A stretch of 64,000 nt of DNA from Promethearchaeia archaeon (GTDB taxonomy: Archaea; Asgardarchaeota; Lokiarchaeia; Sigyniarchaeales; SOKP01): the NCBI GenBank assembly GCA_029856145.1, contig JAHQWK010000028.1, positions 15,316 through 79,315 on the forward strand, written 5' to 3'. Position numbers and translations under genes: made by a program. Positions within the stretch are counted from its first letter, which is position 1. Every line of letters starts with the position of its first letter. The notes under the pieces were generated by a model. The model saw only the letters and a program-made list of their open reading frames with translations. It searched no databases and was not told the DNA's origin. Shown in pieces: positions 49,543 to 59,646 of this stretch.

Positions 49543-49764
49543 CGTTTTTCACCACTTTTATAATTTATTTTTTTATAATTTTTCTTATAACTTAGTATAA
49601 GATTTCATTTATAGATTAAATTATTAAAAATTTCCACGGTTTTTATAGTTTTAACTTAATTTCTAAAAAAAGAGTAAGCTAAATGCAATTATTAAAAAAA
49701 AATAGAATATAAAAAGAATTATAGATTCTTTTATAATTCATTAATATATTTAATCTGATTATCG

Positions 49765-50856
49765 TTGTATAGAGTTCTTGGTATTGACCCAGGATCGAAA
49801 AGTTGGGATTTCTTCGGTTTAGAGGATAATAAAATAATTTTGGACACATCTTTACCTACTAAAGAGCTTATTAATGATCCACAAAAAGCTATTACGATAA
49901 TTAAAACTGTAAAAAATATTGATTTAATGGTTGCTCCAAGTGGGTTTGGACTTCCTTTAAAAAATGTCAATGAATTGACAGAACAAGATATATTTTTTAC
50001 TTTGTTAAAATTTGATCAAAAAGAAAAAAATAAGTTAGTCGGTCTTGGAGAGGTTTTAAGATTAATTAAAGCTCAAAATATTCCAGGAATTATTGTTCCT
50101 GGAGTTAAGCATTTATCCACTGTTCCTAAATATCGAAAGATCAATAAAATTGATATGGGAACTGCTGATAAAATTTGTACAGCAGTCACGGGAATTAGAG
50201 ACCAAATGGAAAGATTTAATATTGCACCTCAAGAAACAAATTTTATTTTAGTTGAGATTGGTTATGGATTCACAGCAGTCTTAGCAATTGAAAATGGCCA
50301 AATTATTGATGGAATTGGAGGATCAAATATAATGGGTTTTCGTGCATGTGGTAGTCTTGATGGGGAATTAGCTTATCTAATTAAAAATATCCATAAGAGA
50401 AATATCTATAAAGGTGGTGTAGCTTATATCTCTGGATACCCTGATTTGAGTCTAAAAGAGATCACACTTTTAGCAGAGAAAGATGACCAGACTAAGATTG
50501 CGCTAAAAGCCTATTTATCGAGTGTAAAAAAAGCCGTTTTCGGTATATCATCATCATATTCAAATAAAAATAGAATAAAAGAAATATTATTGGCTGGTAG
50601 GGGTGCAAGTTTAGCATATTTTCGAGAAAAAATGATAGATGGGCTAAAAAATGTTGCCCCTGTAAGAGTAATGAATTCTTTTAGTCAAATAGCAAAACGG
50701 GCAGCTCAAGGTGCTTCCTTCATCGCTAATGGAATCTTAGGAGGAAGATTCGAACCAATCATTAAAAATCTAAAAATTAGAGATGCAACCGGGTCAATAT
50801 TAGATGATATATTTATCCCATTTGAAAAAGAAAAGCTGATAAGTGATTTAGATTAA
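49765..50856 (+). CDS. DUF1464 family (ASKHA/acetate-butyrate kinase-like fold)
   Basis: LGIDPGSKSWD, APSGFG, IDMGTADK, GSLDGELAY, KRAAQGA. Confidence 0.85.
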   Translation: MYRVLGIDPGSKSWDFFGLEDNKIILDTSLPTKELINDPQKAITIIKTVKNIDLMVAPSGFGLPLKNVNELTEQDIFFTLLKFDQKEKNKLVGLGEVLRLIKAQNIPGIIVPGVKHLSTVPKYRKINKIDMGTADKICTAVTGIRDQMERFNIAPQETNFILVEIGYGFTAVLAIENGQIIDGIGGSNIMGFRACGSLDGELAYLIKNIHKRNIYKGGVAYISGYPDLSLKEITLLAEKDDQTKIALKAYLSSVKKAVFGISSSYSNKNRIKEILLAGRGASLAYFREKMIDGLKNVAPVRVMNSFSQIAKRAAQGASFIANGILGGRFEPIIKNLKIRDATGSILDDIFIPFEKEKLISDLD

Positions 50857-52423
50857 AATTCTTATAATTACTGGTCAACAGAGTTATATTATAATAGAAA
50901 AAGTTGTTAATCCTATTAAAGAGCATAAGATAGATATTATAAAAGCACCGATATCAATTTCAGCATTTCTTACAAAACTGATCACATCCAATATTTTAGA
51001 ACAGATAGAAATTTCTAATTATGATTTGGTTTTATTGCCCGGCTTTGTTCAGTGGGATTCTCGCGATTTAGAAGATAAATTTTCAATAAAAATTAGGAAA
51101 GGACCAGAATTCGCCTCTGATTTGCCTATTACTTTAAATAATTTAGAAAATCTCGAATTATCTAATACCATCCCCGCAAATAGATTATTAGAAATTTCGG
51201 GAGAAAATAAATTTGCTGAAATTGTAAAGGAGCAACTAAACTTAGCGATAAATAACCTAGGGACTCATACATATTACCTTAATGAAAGAAAATCTAATAT
51301 CATAATTGGAAGGAATTTACCACCCCCGATAATTGCTGAAATAGTGAATTGTACAGAAAAAAGCAATGAGAATATTCTAAAAAAAACAAAACATTATATT
51401 AATTCTGGAGCAGATATTATTGATATTGGATGTGTATCTAATAAACCAAACCCCGAAAGAATCAAAGAGATAATCAAATTAATCAGGTCAAAACATGATG
51501 TGTTAATAAGCATCGATTCAATGACCCCAGAAGAGATAAATGCTGCTGTAGAGGAAAATATTGACCTTATTCTGAGTTTAGATCTTGGAAATTATAAAGA
51601 ATTGTTAAATATACCTAAAAACATACCTATTGTTATTCTCCCCACTAATGTTAAGAAAGCCTACATTCCGAAAGATCATGAAACTCGTGTTGAAAATTTG
51701 TTTAGATTAACAAAAGAATTATTTAACAATGGGTTTAAGAAATTAATTGCTGATCCATTATTAGAAACACCAATTAATCCCGGAATATGTAATTCTTTAG
51801 AAACCTATTTTTCTTATAAAAAAGTGGTTTCAGAAGATAAATATAAAAATTATGAACTCCCCTTATTTTTTGGAATTTCAAATGTGGTTGAGCTCATTGA
51901 TTGTGATTCTGTTGGAATTAACGGTTTGTTAGCAAGTATAGCAATTGAATTAGATATGGGGATTCTTTTCACAGTTGAGCATAGCACAAAATTGATGGGG
52001 GGTGTGAGAGAATTAAAAGAATGTGTAAAATTAAATTATATTGCGAAATATAAAAAAACGCCCCCGATAAATCAAGGAATCTCAGTTTTTAGAGCTAAAG
52101 GAAAAACAAATCAAAAAACACCACTTATAAATCATACTAATGCTGTATTAGTAGATAAATTACTGACTGATTATATTCCAGATGACAGCGGTTATTTTAG
52201 AATTTATACAAATCATTATTCTAAAGAGATTTACATTCTTTTCTATTCTACCGATGATCAATTACTCTACACTTTCATTGGGGACAATGCCGAAGCTTTA
52301 AGTAAAAAAATAATTCAATCTAATTTAACTAACAATATATATCATTTAAATTATTTAGGAAGAGAGTTAAAAAAAGCAGAAATTTGTTTAATTTTAGATA
52401 AACCGTATATCCAAGAGGAATAA
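50852..52423 (+). CDS. Dihydropteroate synthase-like protein (archaeal, with C-terminal DUF4346-like domain); ATT start
   Basis: In-frame (M)KILIITGQ... upstream of 51026; IIAEIV, GADIIDIG, SIDS, IADP, NVVELIDCDSVGIN, HLNYLGRELKKAE. Confidence 0.88.
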   Translation: MKILIITGQQSYIIIEKVVNPIKEHKIDIIKAPISISAFLTKLITSNILEQIEISNYDLVLLPGFVQWDSRDLEDKFSIKIRKGPEFASDLPITLNNLENLELSNTIPANRLLEISGENKFAEIVKEQLNLAINNLGTHTYYLNERKSNIIIGRNLPPPIIAEIVNCTEKSNENILKKTKHYINSGADIIDIGCVSNKPNPERIKEIIKLIRSKHDVLISIDSMTPEEINAAVEENIDLILSLDLGNYKELLNIPKNIPIVILPTNVKKAYIPKDHETRVENLFRLTKELFNNGFKKLIADPLLETPINPGICNSLETYFSYKKVVSEDKYKNYELPLFFGISNVVELIDCDSVGINGLLASIAIELDMGILFTVEHSTKLMGGVRELKECVKLNYIAKYKKTPPINQGISVFRAKGKTNQKTPLINHTNAVLVDKLLTDYIPDDSGYFRIYTNHYSKEIYILFYSTDDQLLYTFIGDNAEALSKKIIQSNLTNNIYHLNYLGRELKKAEICLILDKPYIQEE

Positions 52424-52535
52424 ATCAGTAAAAGAAATTAGTCATTTGACAATATGATTGGTTGAAATTTATATAATTATTAAACTTATATAGCATATTT
52501 GCATAATTTAAATTGTCTTAATTGAGTTAAATATC

Positions 52536-54401
52536 ATGATACCAAAAAAAATGGAATCCTTTCTTAATAAACATCTCCCTAAAGCCACTCTTAAAACCCG
52601 GCTTAAAAAGGATGATGGAAGATGTTACCTAGAATTTGGCAATTTAGACGTCCATCTTTTATCTCATTTGGGGATTATACGTGATAAAGTTGGTCCTCAC
52701 CTAGTCGCATGTATTTGGGATGAGAAATCACCACTGGAAATTGGTGGATATGTAGTTGTCGATTCTCTTGCTGGAGGGCGTCCTTCGATGGGAGGGATTA
52801 GGATGTTACCAGATGTAACTCCCTCTGACATACATAATCTAGCACGAGGTATGACGCTAAAAAATGCAGCGGCTAATCTTCCCTATGGTGGTGGAAAAGC
52901 AGGAATTGTTGCAGAAAGAGATCTCTCTCATGAACAACATACTGAGATTGTACGTGGTTTTGCTCGATTAATTCGAAGGTATAAAGATATATATCTTCCA
53001 GGACCAGATGTAGGGACTAATGATGCTGATATGAAGACTATTGCTATTGAAAATGGCTTAGACAATGCTCTATCTAAGCCAGCTGAAATGGGAGGTAACC
53101 GTATTGATGAACTTGGTGCTGCCGCTGGAGGTGTTATAATTGCTTTACAAACCCTTTTAGATATAATGCCGAGATTGAGAATACTCACTCAATTCGCTAA
53201 CTTGGAAATTCCTAATACAAAAGATCTTAAAATATTGATTCAAGGTTTTGGGGCTGTTGGTGCACACGCTGCTCGCATATTGAAAGAACGAGTCCCTGAT
53301 GCGAAAGTTATAGGTATTAGTGATTTGGAGGGTTATCTATATAATGAATCTGGATTACCTGTTGAAGAGTTATTTAAATTATGGAAAGAAAAAAAATTAG
53401 TAACTAATCTATATTTTAAAAATCAAATAATTTCAGAAGGATATAAACATCCTACTAAATTTTCTACAAGTGCAAATAATTTACTCCTAGAAAGTGCATT
53501 TTGCATGATTCCTGCTGCTCCAGTTTTTAATTACTTATGTGTTAGAAGCTCTGAAAACCCTTCAATGACTGTCGATCGAATGGGAAAATGGTCAGTGATT
53601 ATTGAAGGTGCTAATACTTACTCTCCTGATCCAAATAGAAAAGCTGCCAGAATTCGGATGGAACAAATTGTGTATCGAGAAAAAGGAGTTATGATCGCAA
53701 ATGATTATTTAGTTAATTCAGGAGGGGTCATATTTGCTGCACAAGAGCATATTTTAAGAACTCCGAATAACTTACAAATTCCAGAAGAAATGTTAGGCAA
53801 CCGTGAAGCAGTAGAAAAATGGTTAAAAGATCATGCGGATGAATTTACTGAATTATCAAAACAACGTTTAATAGCAGGTGAAGAATATAGAGAAAATGTC
53901 CTTCCTAATAACATGATTGAACTAGTTGATCTGCTAACAGCACATACAGATATGTTACCATGTACTGCTGCTGAACAAATAAGCCTTCAACGTCTTACAG
54001 CTAAAGAAAGAGAACGTACAGCAAAAGATATTATGATACCAATACCGACTATAGATGTCAATAGTACTATTCAACAAGCAGCATCTTTACTTATTGAAGA
54101 TGTGAGTGATATCATTGCTGTTCTTTCAGATGATAAACTAGTGGGAGTTGTAACAAATTGGGATATTACTAAAGCGATAGCGGAGGGTAATATAGATGCC
54201 ACTCTTGATAAAATAATGACAATGAATGTTATTACAGCTCATCCGAATTTTACAATTTTAGATATCATACGTGAATTAGAGCAATATAAAATCTCAGCAA
54301 TGCCAGTTGTTGAAGAAGGTATTGTTTTAGGAAAAGTTAACTCAGATTTAATTGCCCAACGTTACGTGTTAGATTTATTACAGGATCGAGAACCACATTA
54401 A
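52536..54401 (+). CDS. Glu/Leu/Phe/Val dehydrogenase fused to a C-terminal CBS pair
   Basis: GGIRM, LARGMTLKNAAANLPYGGGKAG, GPDVGT, QGFGAVG, EGAN, NSGGV; AKDIM...LVGVVT...IM...MPVV. Confidence 0.9.
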   Translation: MIPKKMESFLNKHLPKATLKTRLKKDDGRCYLEFGNLDVHLLSHLGIIRDKVGPHLVACIWDEKSPLEIGGYVVVDSLAGGRPSMGGIRMLPDVTPSDIHNLARGMTLKNAAANLPYGGGKAGIVAERDLSHEQHTEIVRGFARLIRRYKDIYLPGPDVGTNDADMKTIAIENGLDNALSKPAEMGGNRIDELGAAAGGVIIALQTLLDIMPRLRILTQFANLEIPNTKDLKILIQGFGAVGAHAARILKERVPDAKVIGISDLEGYLYNESGLPVEELFKLWKEKKLVTNLYFKNQIISEGYKHPTKFSTSANNLLLESAFCMIPAAPVFNYLCVRSSENPSMTVDRMGKWSVIIEGANTYSPDPNRKAARIRMEQIVYREKGVMIANDYLVNSGGVIFAAQEHILRTPNNLQIPEEMLGNREAVEKWLKDHADEFTELSKQRLIAGEEYRENVLPNNMIELVDLLTAHTDMLPCTAAEQISLQRLTAKERERTAKDIMIPIPTIDVNSTIQQAASLLIEDVSDIIAVLSDDKLVGVVTNWDITKAIAEGNIDATLDKIMTMNVITAHPNFTILDIIRELEQYKISAMPVVEEGIVLGKVNSDLIAQRYVLDLLQDREPH

Positions 54402-54449
54402 TAAACAAAAAACGCATTTTTAATAGATTTTACTAAAAAGTTCAAGATC

Positions 54450-55580
54450 CTAATAATATTTAATAATATTATATATAGTATCTCTTTGTGCTGGTTTTTT
54501 TCCTGCCTCACTTATTATTTTTACTATTTCTTCTGGAGATAAATACTCTCCAAATTCAGCACCAGCACTTTTAGATATATTCTCCTCCATTAAAGTTCCT
54601 GAAAAATCATTAACACCATAATTTAGAGAAACTTGGGCAAATTTCGGTCCTAATTTCACCCAACTGCATTGAATATTATCTATATAGTTATTCAAAAATA
54701 ATCGCGCAACGCAAAATAGTTTTAAATCATCCATTCCATAGCTAGGATGTAAAGGATAATTTTCAAGTTGAGATAAAATTGGGTTTTCTTTTACGAAAGG
54801 TAATGGAACAAATTCAGTAAAACCATGGGTTTCCTTTTGAATTTCTCTCAAAATTTCTAAATGTTTGATCCTATCAATTAAATTCTCGATATGACCATAC
54901 ATTATGGTAGAAGTTGTTGGAATTCCTAAATTATGTGCACAAGTTATAATCTCCTTCCATTGGGAAGCTTTAACTTTATTTGGGCAAATAACTTTTCTTA
55001 TTTCATCAACTAATATCTCTGCGGCTGTTCCTGGAATTGAATCTAATCCTGCTTTTTTCAATTCTTTTAAAGTATCTTCAATTGAATTTTCATACAATTT
55101 TGATATATAAAATACTTCTTGTGGAGAAAAAGCATGAGTATGCATATTTGGAGCGATATTTTTAACAGTTTTAAGAATATCTAAATAAAATTCAAACTTT
55201 AAGTCAGGATTTATGCCACCTTGAATACAAACCTCTGTACATCCAGTTATTTTTGCTTCAATTACTTTTTCTCTAACTTGTTCTATAGTCAGTAAAAAAG
55301 CGTCAGTATGAGTAGCTGGCAAGCTGAAAGAACAGAATTTACACCTTTGATAACAAATATTTGTAAAATTTATATTTCTATTTATCACAAAAGTTACAAA
55401 ATTTTGCTTTTTTTCATAACAGATCCGATCAGCTACATATTGTAAAGCAAAAAATTCTTTTCCCTTTACTTTTAATAATTCTAAGGCTTCTTGTGAGCTT
55501 AATTCCTCTGAAGCTAAACTTTTCTTTAAAATTTCTTTAATAACTTGATTAATATGTTCAAAAATTTGAGTATTAATCAT
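54450..55580 (-). CDS. cofH: FO synthase subunit CofH
   Basis: NRNINFTNICYQRCKFCSF, PGTAAEIL, TIMYGHIE, FVPLPF, SWVKLG, GTLMEENIS. Confidence 0.92.
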   Translation of the reverse strand: MINTQIFEHINQVIKEILKKSLASEELSSQEALELLKVKGKEFFALQYVADRICYEKKQNFVTFVINRNINFTNICYQRCKFCSFSLPATHTDAFLLTIEQVREKVIEAKITGCTEVCIQGGINPDLKFEFYLDILKTVKNIAPNMHTHAFSPQEVFYISKLYENSIEDTLKELKKAGLDSIPGTAAEILVDEIRKVICPNKVKASQWKEIITCAHNLGIPTTSTIMYGHIENLIDRIKHLEILREIQKETHGFTEFVPLPFVKENPILSQLENYPLHPSYGMDDLKLFCVARLFLNNYIDNIQCSWVKLGPKFAQVSLNYGVNDFSGTLMEENISKSAGAEFGEYLSPEEIVKIISEAGKKPAQRDTIYNIIKYY

Positions 55581-56682
55581 CTAAGTTCATATTATCTATT
55601 ACTTTTTTAATATTTTCTGGACAAAAACCTTCTTTTATTATAAATTTATCATATATAGGGAGTCTCTCTTTAAGAAAATAATCCTTATCTTTACAAATTT
55701 TATACAAATTATCTATTTGAGGCCACTGATTTTCAGGATTTATATAATCTAATGTAATAGGAGAAATTCCACCAAAATCATCAATGCCCATATCGATAAA
55801 CTCTTTTTCAAAACCAGCTATAAGATTTGGTGGTATTTGAATAGAAATTTCATTTTCAAAGATAATTCGAGCAATTCCTGTTATTTTAAGCATTTCTTGT
55901 AAGTTAATAGGCTTTTTTGGTTGATATGGTATGCCTTCTTTATTTACAAAATTCTGAATTATTACTTCTTGAATATGCCCATATTTTGTGTGGATATTTT
56001 TTATTAAATATAAATCTTTTATAATATCTTCAATAGTTTCTCCAATACCGATTAATAACCCTGTAGTAAATGGGATTTTTAGTTTTCCAGCATTAGTAAT
56101 ATGCTCTATTCTTTTTACTGGTAATTTTCCAAGAGAATGTTCATGTACCTTCCCTTTATTAAAAAAGTTCATACTGGTGCTTTCAAGCATCAATCCCATA
56201 CTTGCATTAAATTTCTTTAATTCCTTCATTTCATCATAAGTTAAAAAACCTAAATTTGTATGCGGTAAAATTTTAAAGTCAAGTAAATATGTACAAATGT
56301 CTTTTACATATTCTATAAAATCTGAATATTTTAATTTCTCTAATTCCTTTTTCACTTCAGCAAAACTTCCAGGTCGTTCCCCAGACATTATTAAGGCTTC
56401 TTTACATTTGTATTGGAGCGCTTCTTGAGTTAATGTAACCATTTGATCATTACTAAGTAATATTACATTACCCTCACCATTTAACTTAGGGATTTTATAA
56501 TTATAATAACAATACCCACACTGATTAATGCAATAGTTTGAAAGAGAAAGTGTGAAATTCTTAGAATAAGTTATCACCTTTTTCTCATCACTAGGTAATT
56601 GATCTTTTATTATTTTTACTTCTTCTTTGAGTTCTTTCAATGTGAGCTTTTTAAAGCTTCTAATTTCACTATTTTTATTCAT
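55573..56682 (-). CDS. cofG: FO synthase subunit CofG
   Basis: ITYSKN, CINQCGYC, PHTNLG, SMGLMLE, FTTGLLIGIGE, IQEVIIQNF, QIPPNL, GGISPITLDYINPE. Confidence 0.92.
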   Translation of the reverse strand: MNKNSEIRSFKKLTLKELKEEVKIIKDQLPSDEKKVITYSKNFTLSLSNYCINQCGYCYYNYKIPKLNGEGNVILLSNDQMVTLTQEALQYKCKEALIMSGERPGSFAEVKKELEKLKYSDFIEYVKDICTYLLDFKILPHTNLGFLTYDEMKELKKFNASMGLMLESTSMNFFNKGKVHEHSLGKLPVKRIEHITNAGKLKIPFTTGLLIGIGETIEDIIKDLYLIKNIHTKYGHIQEVIIQNFVNKEGIPYQPKKPINLQEMLKITGIARIIFENEISIQIPPNLIAGFEKEFIDMGIDDFGGISPITLDYINPENQWPQIDNLYKICKDKDYFLKERLPIYDKFIIKEGFCPENIKKVIDNMNLDD

Positions 56683-57350
56683 TATTCATTCTTCTTGTAT
56701 TTTAAAACCGCATAATTATCCCTATTTAAAATTTCAAGCAACTTAAACCTTGGTGCTTGAGCCATAGTTTCAAAACCCCTACCTTCAACAAGGCCAGTTG
56801 CATCTTTCCCACCAATCATCCATGGAGCAATAGTTAACCTTATTTCATCTACTAAATTTTTCTTAATAAAGCTCCAATTCAATATACCTCCTCCTTCTAA
56901 TAAAAGTTTTTGAATGCCTAAATTATAGAAGTGTTGCATAAGCTCCGGAATATTTACTTTCTTGCCTTTACCAGCCTTTAATATTTTTACGCCTTTTGAC
57001 TCAAAATCTTTAATTCTTTCCAATGATGCATTTTCAGTAATACATAGTATTGTTGGATATATATTTGGTTGAAATGTAATTACATTAGAATCAATTGGTA
57101 TTGAAAGATTACTATCAACTATAATCCTATAATACCCATTATGTTCATAAAATTTAATATGAAGCTTAGGATTGTCTTTTAATATAGTATTTTTCCCAAC
57201 AATGATTCCATCTACTTGAGTTCTAAGTTTATGGACTTCTTTCCAATCTTGCTCATCAGATATATCAGAATCTCCTGTTTTTGACGCTATCTTTCCATCA
57301 ATAGTCATTGCTGCACTTAAAATTATATAGGGGCGCTTATCTTCTTTCAA
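56682..57350 (-). CDS. 2,5-diamino-6-(ribosylamino)-4(3H)-pyrimidinone 5'-phosphate reductase (archaeal RibD C-terminal type)
   Basis: RPYIILSAAMTIDGKIA, VGKNTILKDNP, LLEGGG, VDEIRLTIAP. Confidence 0.92.
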   Translation of the reverse strand: MKEDKRPYIILSAAMTIDGKIASKTGDSDISDEQDWKEVHKLRTQVDGIIVGKNTILKDNPKLHIKFYEHNGYYRIIVDSNLSIPIDSNVITFQPNIYPTILCITENASLERIKDFESKGVKILKAGKGKKVNIPELMQHFYNLGIQKLLLEGGGILNWSFIKKNLVDEIRLTIAPWMIGGKDATGLVEGRGFETMAQAPRFKLLEILNRDNYAVLKYKKNE

Positions 57351-58506
57351 ATACTATCTCTCCTTTAATATAAGTCTTTATAATATTTTCTGATTTTGCT
57401 CTTTGAGTTATTAAATTATATATATTATTAGAATCTACTTTGGAAGAAAAAAGATTTGGATCGCAAAGATCGATTAAAAAAAGATCAGCAAATTTTCCCT
57501 TTGAAATTGATCCAAACTTTTTTTCAAGATTAAAATTTTTTGCAGCATTGATTGTTATCATCTTCAATAAATCTTTTGAGGTTAATTGAAGTTCCTTATT
57601 ATAGCTGCATAAAATTCTTGAAATTCGATAAAAATATCGTATCTCTTCAAATAAATCAGTATTATTTACCATTAGATTATCTGTTCCTAAAGATATTGGG
57701 ATTTTTAAACTCATAATCTCGCTGATAGGAGGAAAACCAATCCCAAAATATCCATTACAACGAGGACATAAAATAAGTGCTTTACTCTTTTTCATTACTT
57801 TTTCCAAATCATTTTTAATAAATTTTGTCCCATGGATGATTATATCAACAAGATTATCATTAAACATTTCATTTATTAGATTGCTATTACGAATGTTCTC
57901 AGCACAGTGACACGCAATGATTTTTTTAAATTTTTGTTTAGCAGATAATACGAATTTTCTATTTGAAGAATTTATTTGTTTATAACTCGATAATCCAACT
58001 CCATCTGCTAAATCAAAAACAGAATCTATTTCACTTTCATCCATAAATCGTCCTAAGATTAAATAATTAATTGAACTGTCAGAAAGTGCTTTTTTTAAAA
58101 GATTTATTCCTTCTACTCCTCCCTCTCTAAAATCAATGAAAAATGTAATACCATTTGAAAGCATTTCTAGAACAGCATTTTTAATTCCTTTAATTTTAGT
58201 GTCTTCTGAGGTTAGTCTTAATAATTTATGTTTAAGACCAAATGGTGGGGCAACGATATCCCCTAAGTCTTTATTAAAACCCAATTCTTTAGCAAAACTA
58301 TCTCCAATATGGACATGAGAGTTTATAAATCCTGGAATTAATAAGGAAGACTGGCCATCTGGTAAAATTTCTAAATTTTTGGTTATATTATCATAAGAGA
58401 TTTCTATAATTTTTCCACTTTGATCGATTTCTAGATTTACATTTTGTTTTAATTCTAAGTCCTCTCCAAGTAAAGCATACCTACAAAATAAATATTTATT
58501 TGTCAT
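57337..58506 (-). CDS. Amidohydrolase superfamily deaminase-like protein
   Basis: PGFINSHVHIGDS, DFREGG, HCAE, LCPRCN, LGTDN. Confidence 0.88.
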   Translation of the reverse strand: MTNKYLFCRYALLGEDLELKQNVNLEIDQSGKIIEISYDNITKNLEILPDGQSSLLIPGFINSHVHIGDSFAKELGFNKDLGDIVAPPFGLKHKLLRLTSEDTKIKGIKNAVLEMLSNGITFFIDFREGGVEGINLLKKALSDSSINYLILGRFMDESEIDSVFDLADGVGLSSYKQINSSNRKFVLSAKQKFKKIIACHCAENIRNSNLINEMFNDNLVDIIIHGTKFIKNDLEKVMKKSKALILCPRCNGYFGIGFPPISEIMSLKIPISLGTDNLMVNNTDLFEEIRYFYRISRILCSYNKELQLTSKDLLKMITINAAKNFNLEKKFGSISKGKFADLFLIDLCDPNLFSSKVDSNNIYNLITQRAKSENIIKTYIKGEIVFERR

Positions 58507-58613
58507 TAATTCTTAGACAATCTAAATTTAATTGAAATTAATATTTTATATTATTCCAATCCTTTTAAAGAATAGAACAAAAAAAAATTAATTTTTATTA
58601 CTGGTGACTTAAA

Positions 58614-59582
58614 ATTCACGAATTTAAAACAGATTTGCAGGATTCTGGTTCCGGGATAGATATTCCCATAGATAAAGTGGGTATTGTAGAATTAGAAAAA
58701 AAAGTTGAAATAGTTCAAGAGAATAAAAAATATTCATTTTATCCTAAAATTTCAGCATTAATTAATCTTCCCGCTGAGCAACGTGGTATCCATATGTCCC
58801 GAACTTCAGAGACTATAGAGGAAGTCATTAATGAAGTAATTTTCAAACCAACTCCTACTATCGAGCTTGTTGGTGATAGAATAGTTCGAAAACTGTTAGA
58901 ACGGCACCCATACACTTCAAAAGCAGAAGTTAAGTTAGAAGGAAAGATTGTTGTTCAAGTCAGAGAAAATAATACAAGAAATATCCAAAAATCTTATGAA
59001 ATTAGCTCTTATGTTAAAGCTAACAGAATATCATCTACCAAAATTGAATATTTATATTTTATTGGGGCAAGCGCTGTCGGAATGACGGTATGCCCATGTG
59101 CAAAGGAAATGTCGCAAGAATATGCGTCTGAAATCATCAAAACCAGAAAAGATATTAATGTTTCAGAAGAGGATCTTAAAAAATTAATCAATATTCTCCC
59201 ATTTTCATCACATAATCAAAGGTCAATTGGCACAATTATTGTGCAAATTAAGGATTTATCCAACCATAAAATTGATGTGTTAGATATCATTGATGTAATA
59301 GAAGAATCAATGAGTGGTAAAATACAATCTGTGCTAAAACGACCAGAAGAAGCCGAATTAGTAAGAAGTGCTCACTTAAAACCCCTATTTTCTGAAGATG
59401 TCATAAGAGAAATGGCAAAAAACTTCATTTTAAGGGACTTTCCAAATATAGAAGATGATTCTAAAATAAAATTTAGTGTTGAAAGCTACGAATCTATACA
59501 CGTCCACAACGTTTTTGCGTCGTTAAAATCTACAATTGGGGATTTAAAGAAAAGATTGAAAATAAAAAATAAAACTACTTAG
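58614..59582 (+). CDS. mptA: GTP cyclohydrolase MptA (FolE2 family); probable ATT start
   Basis: DLQ, DKVGI, RGIHMSR, GMTVCPCA, SHNQR, LKRPEE, FSEDVIR, ESIHVHN. Confidence 0.92.
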   Translation: MHEFKTDLQDSGSGIDIPIDKVGIVELEKKVEIVQENKKYSFYPKISALINLPAEQRGIHMSRTSETIEEVINEVIFKPTPTIELVGDRIVRKLLERHPYTSKAEVKLEGKIVVQVRENNTRNIQKSYEISSYVKANRISSTKIEYLYFIGASAVGMTVCPCAKEMSQEYASEIIKTRKDINVSEEDLKKLINILPFSSHNQRSIGTIIVQIKDLSNHKIDVLDIIDVIEESMSGKIQSVLKRPEEAELVRSAHLKPLFSEDVIREMAKNFILRDFPNIEDDSKIKFSVESYESIHVHNVFASLKSTIGDLKKRLKIKNKTT

Positions 59583-59646
59583 AATTTTCCGGGAGTTAAA
59601 ATTTAGAAATTAACTTTTAATGAATTTTAAAATCTATAAGGAATTA

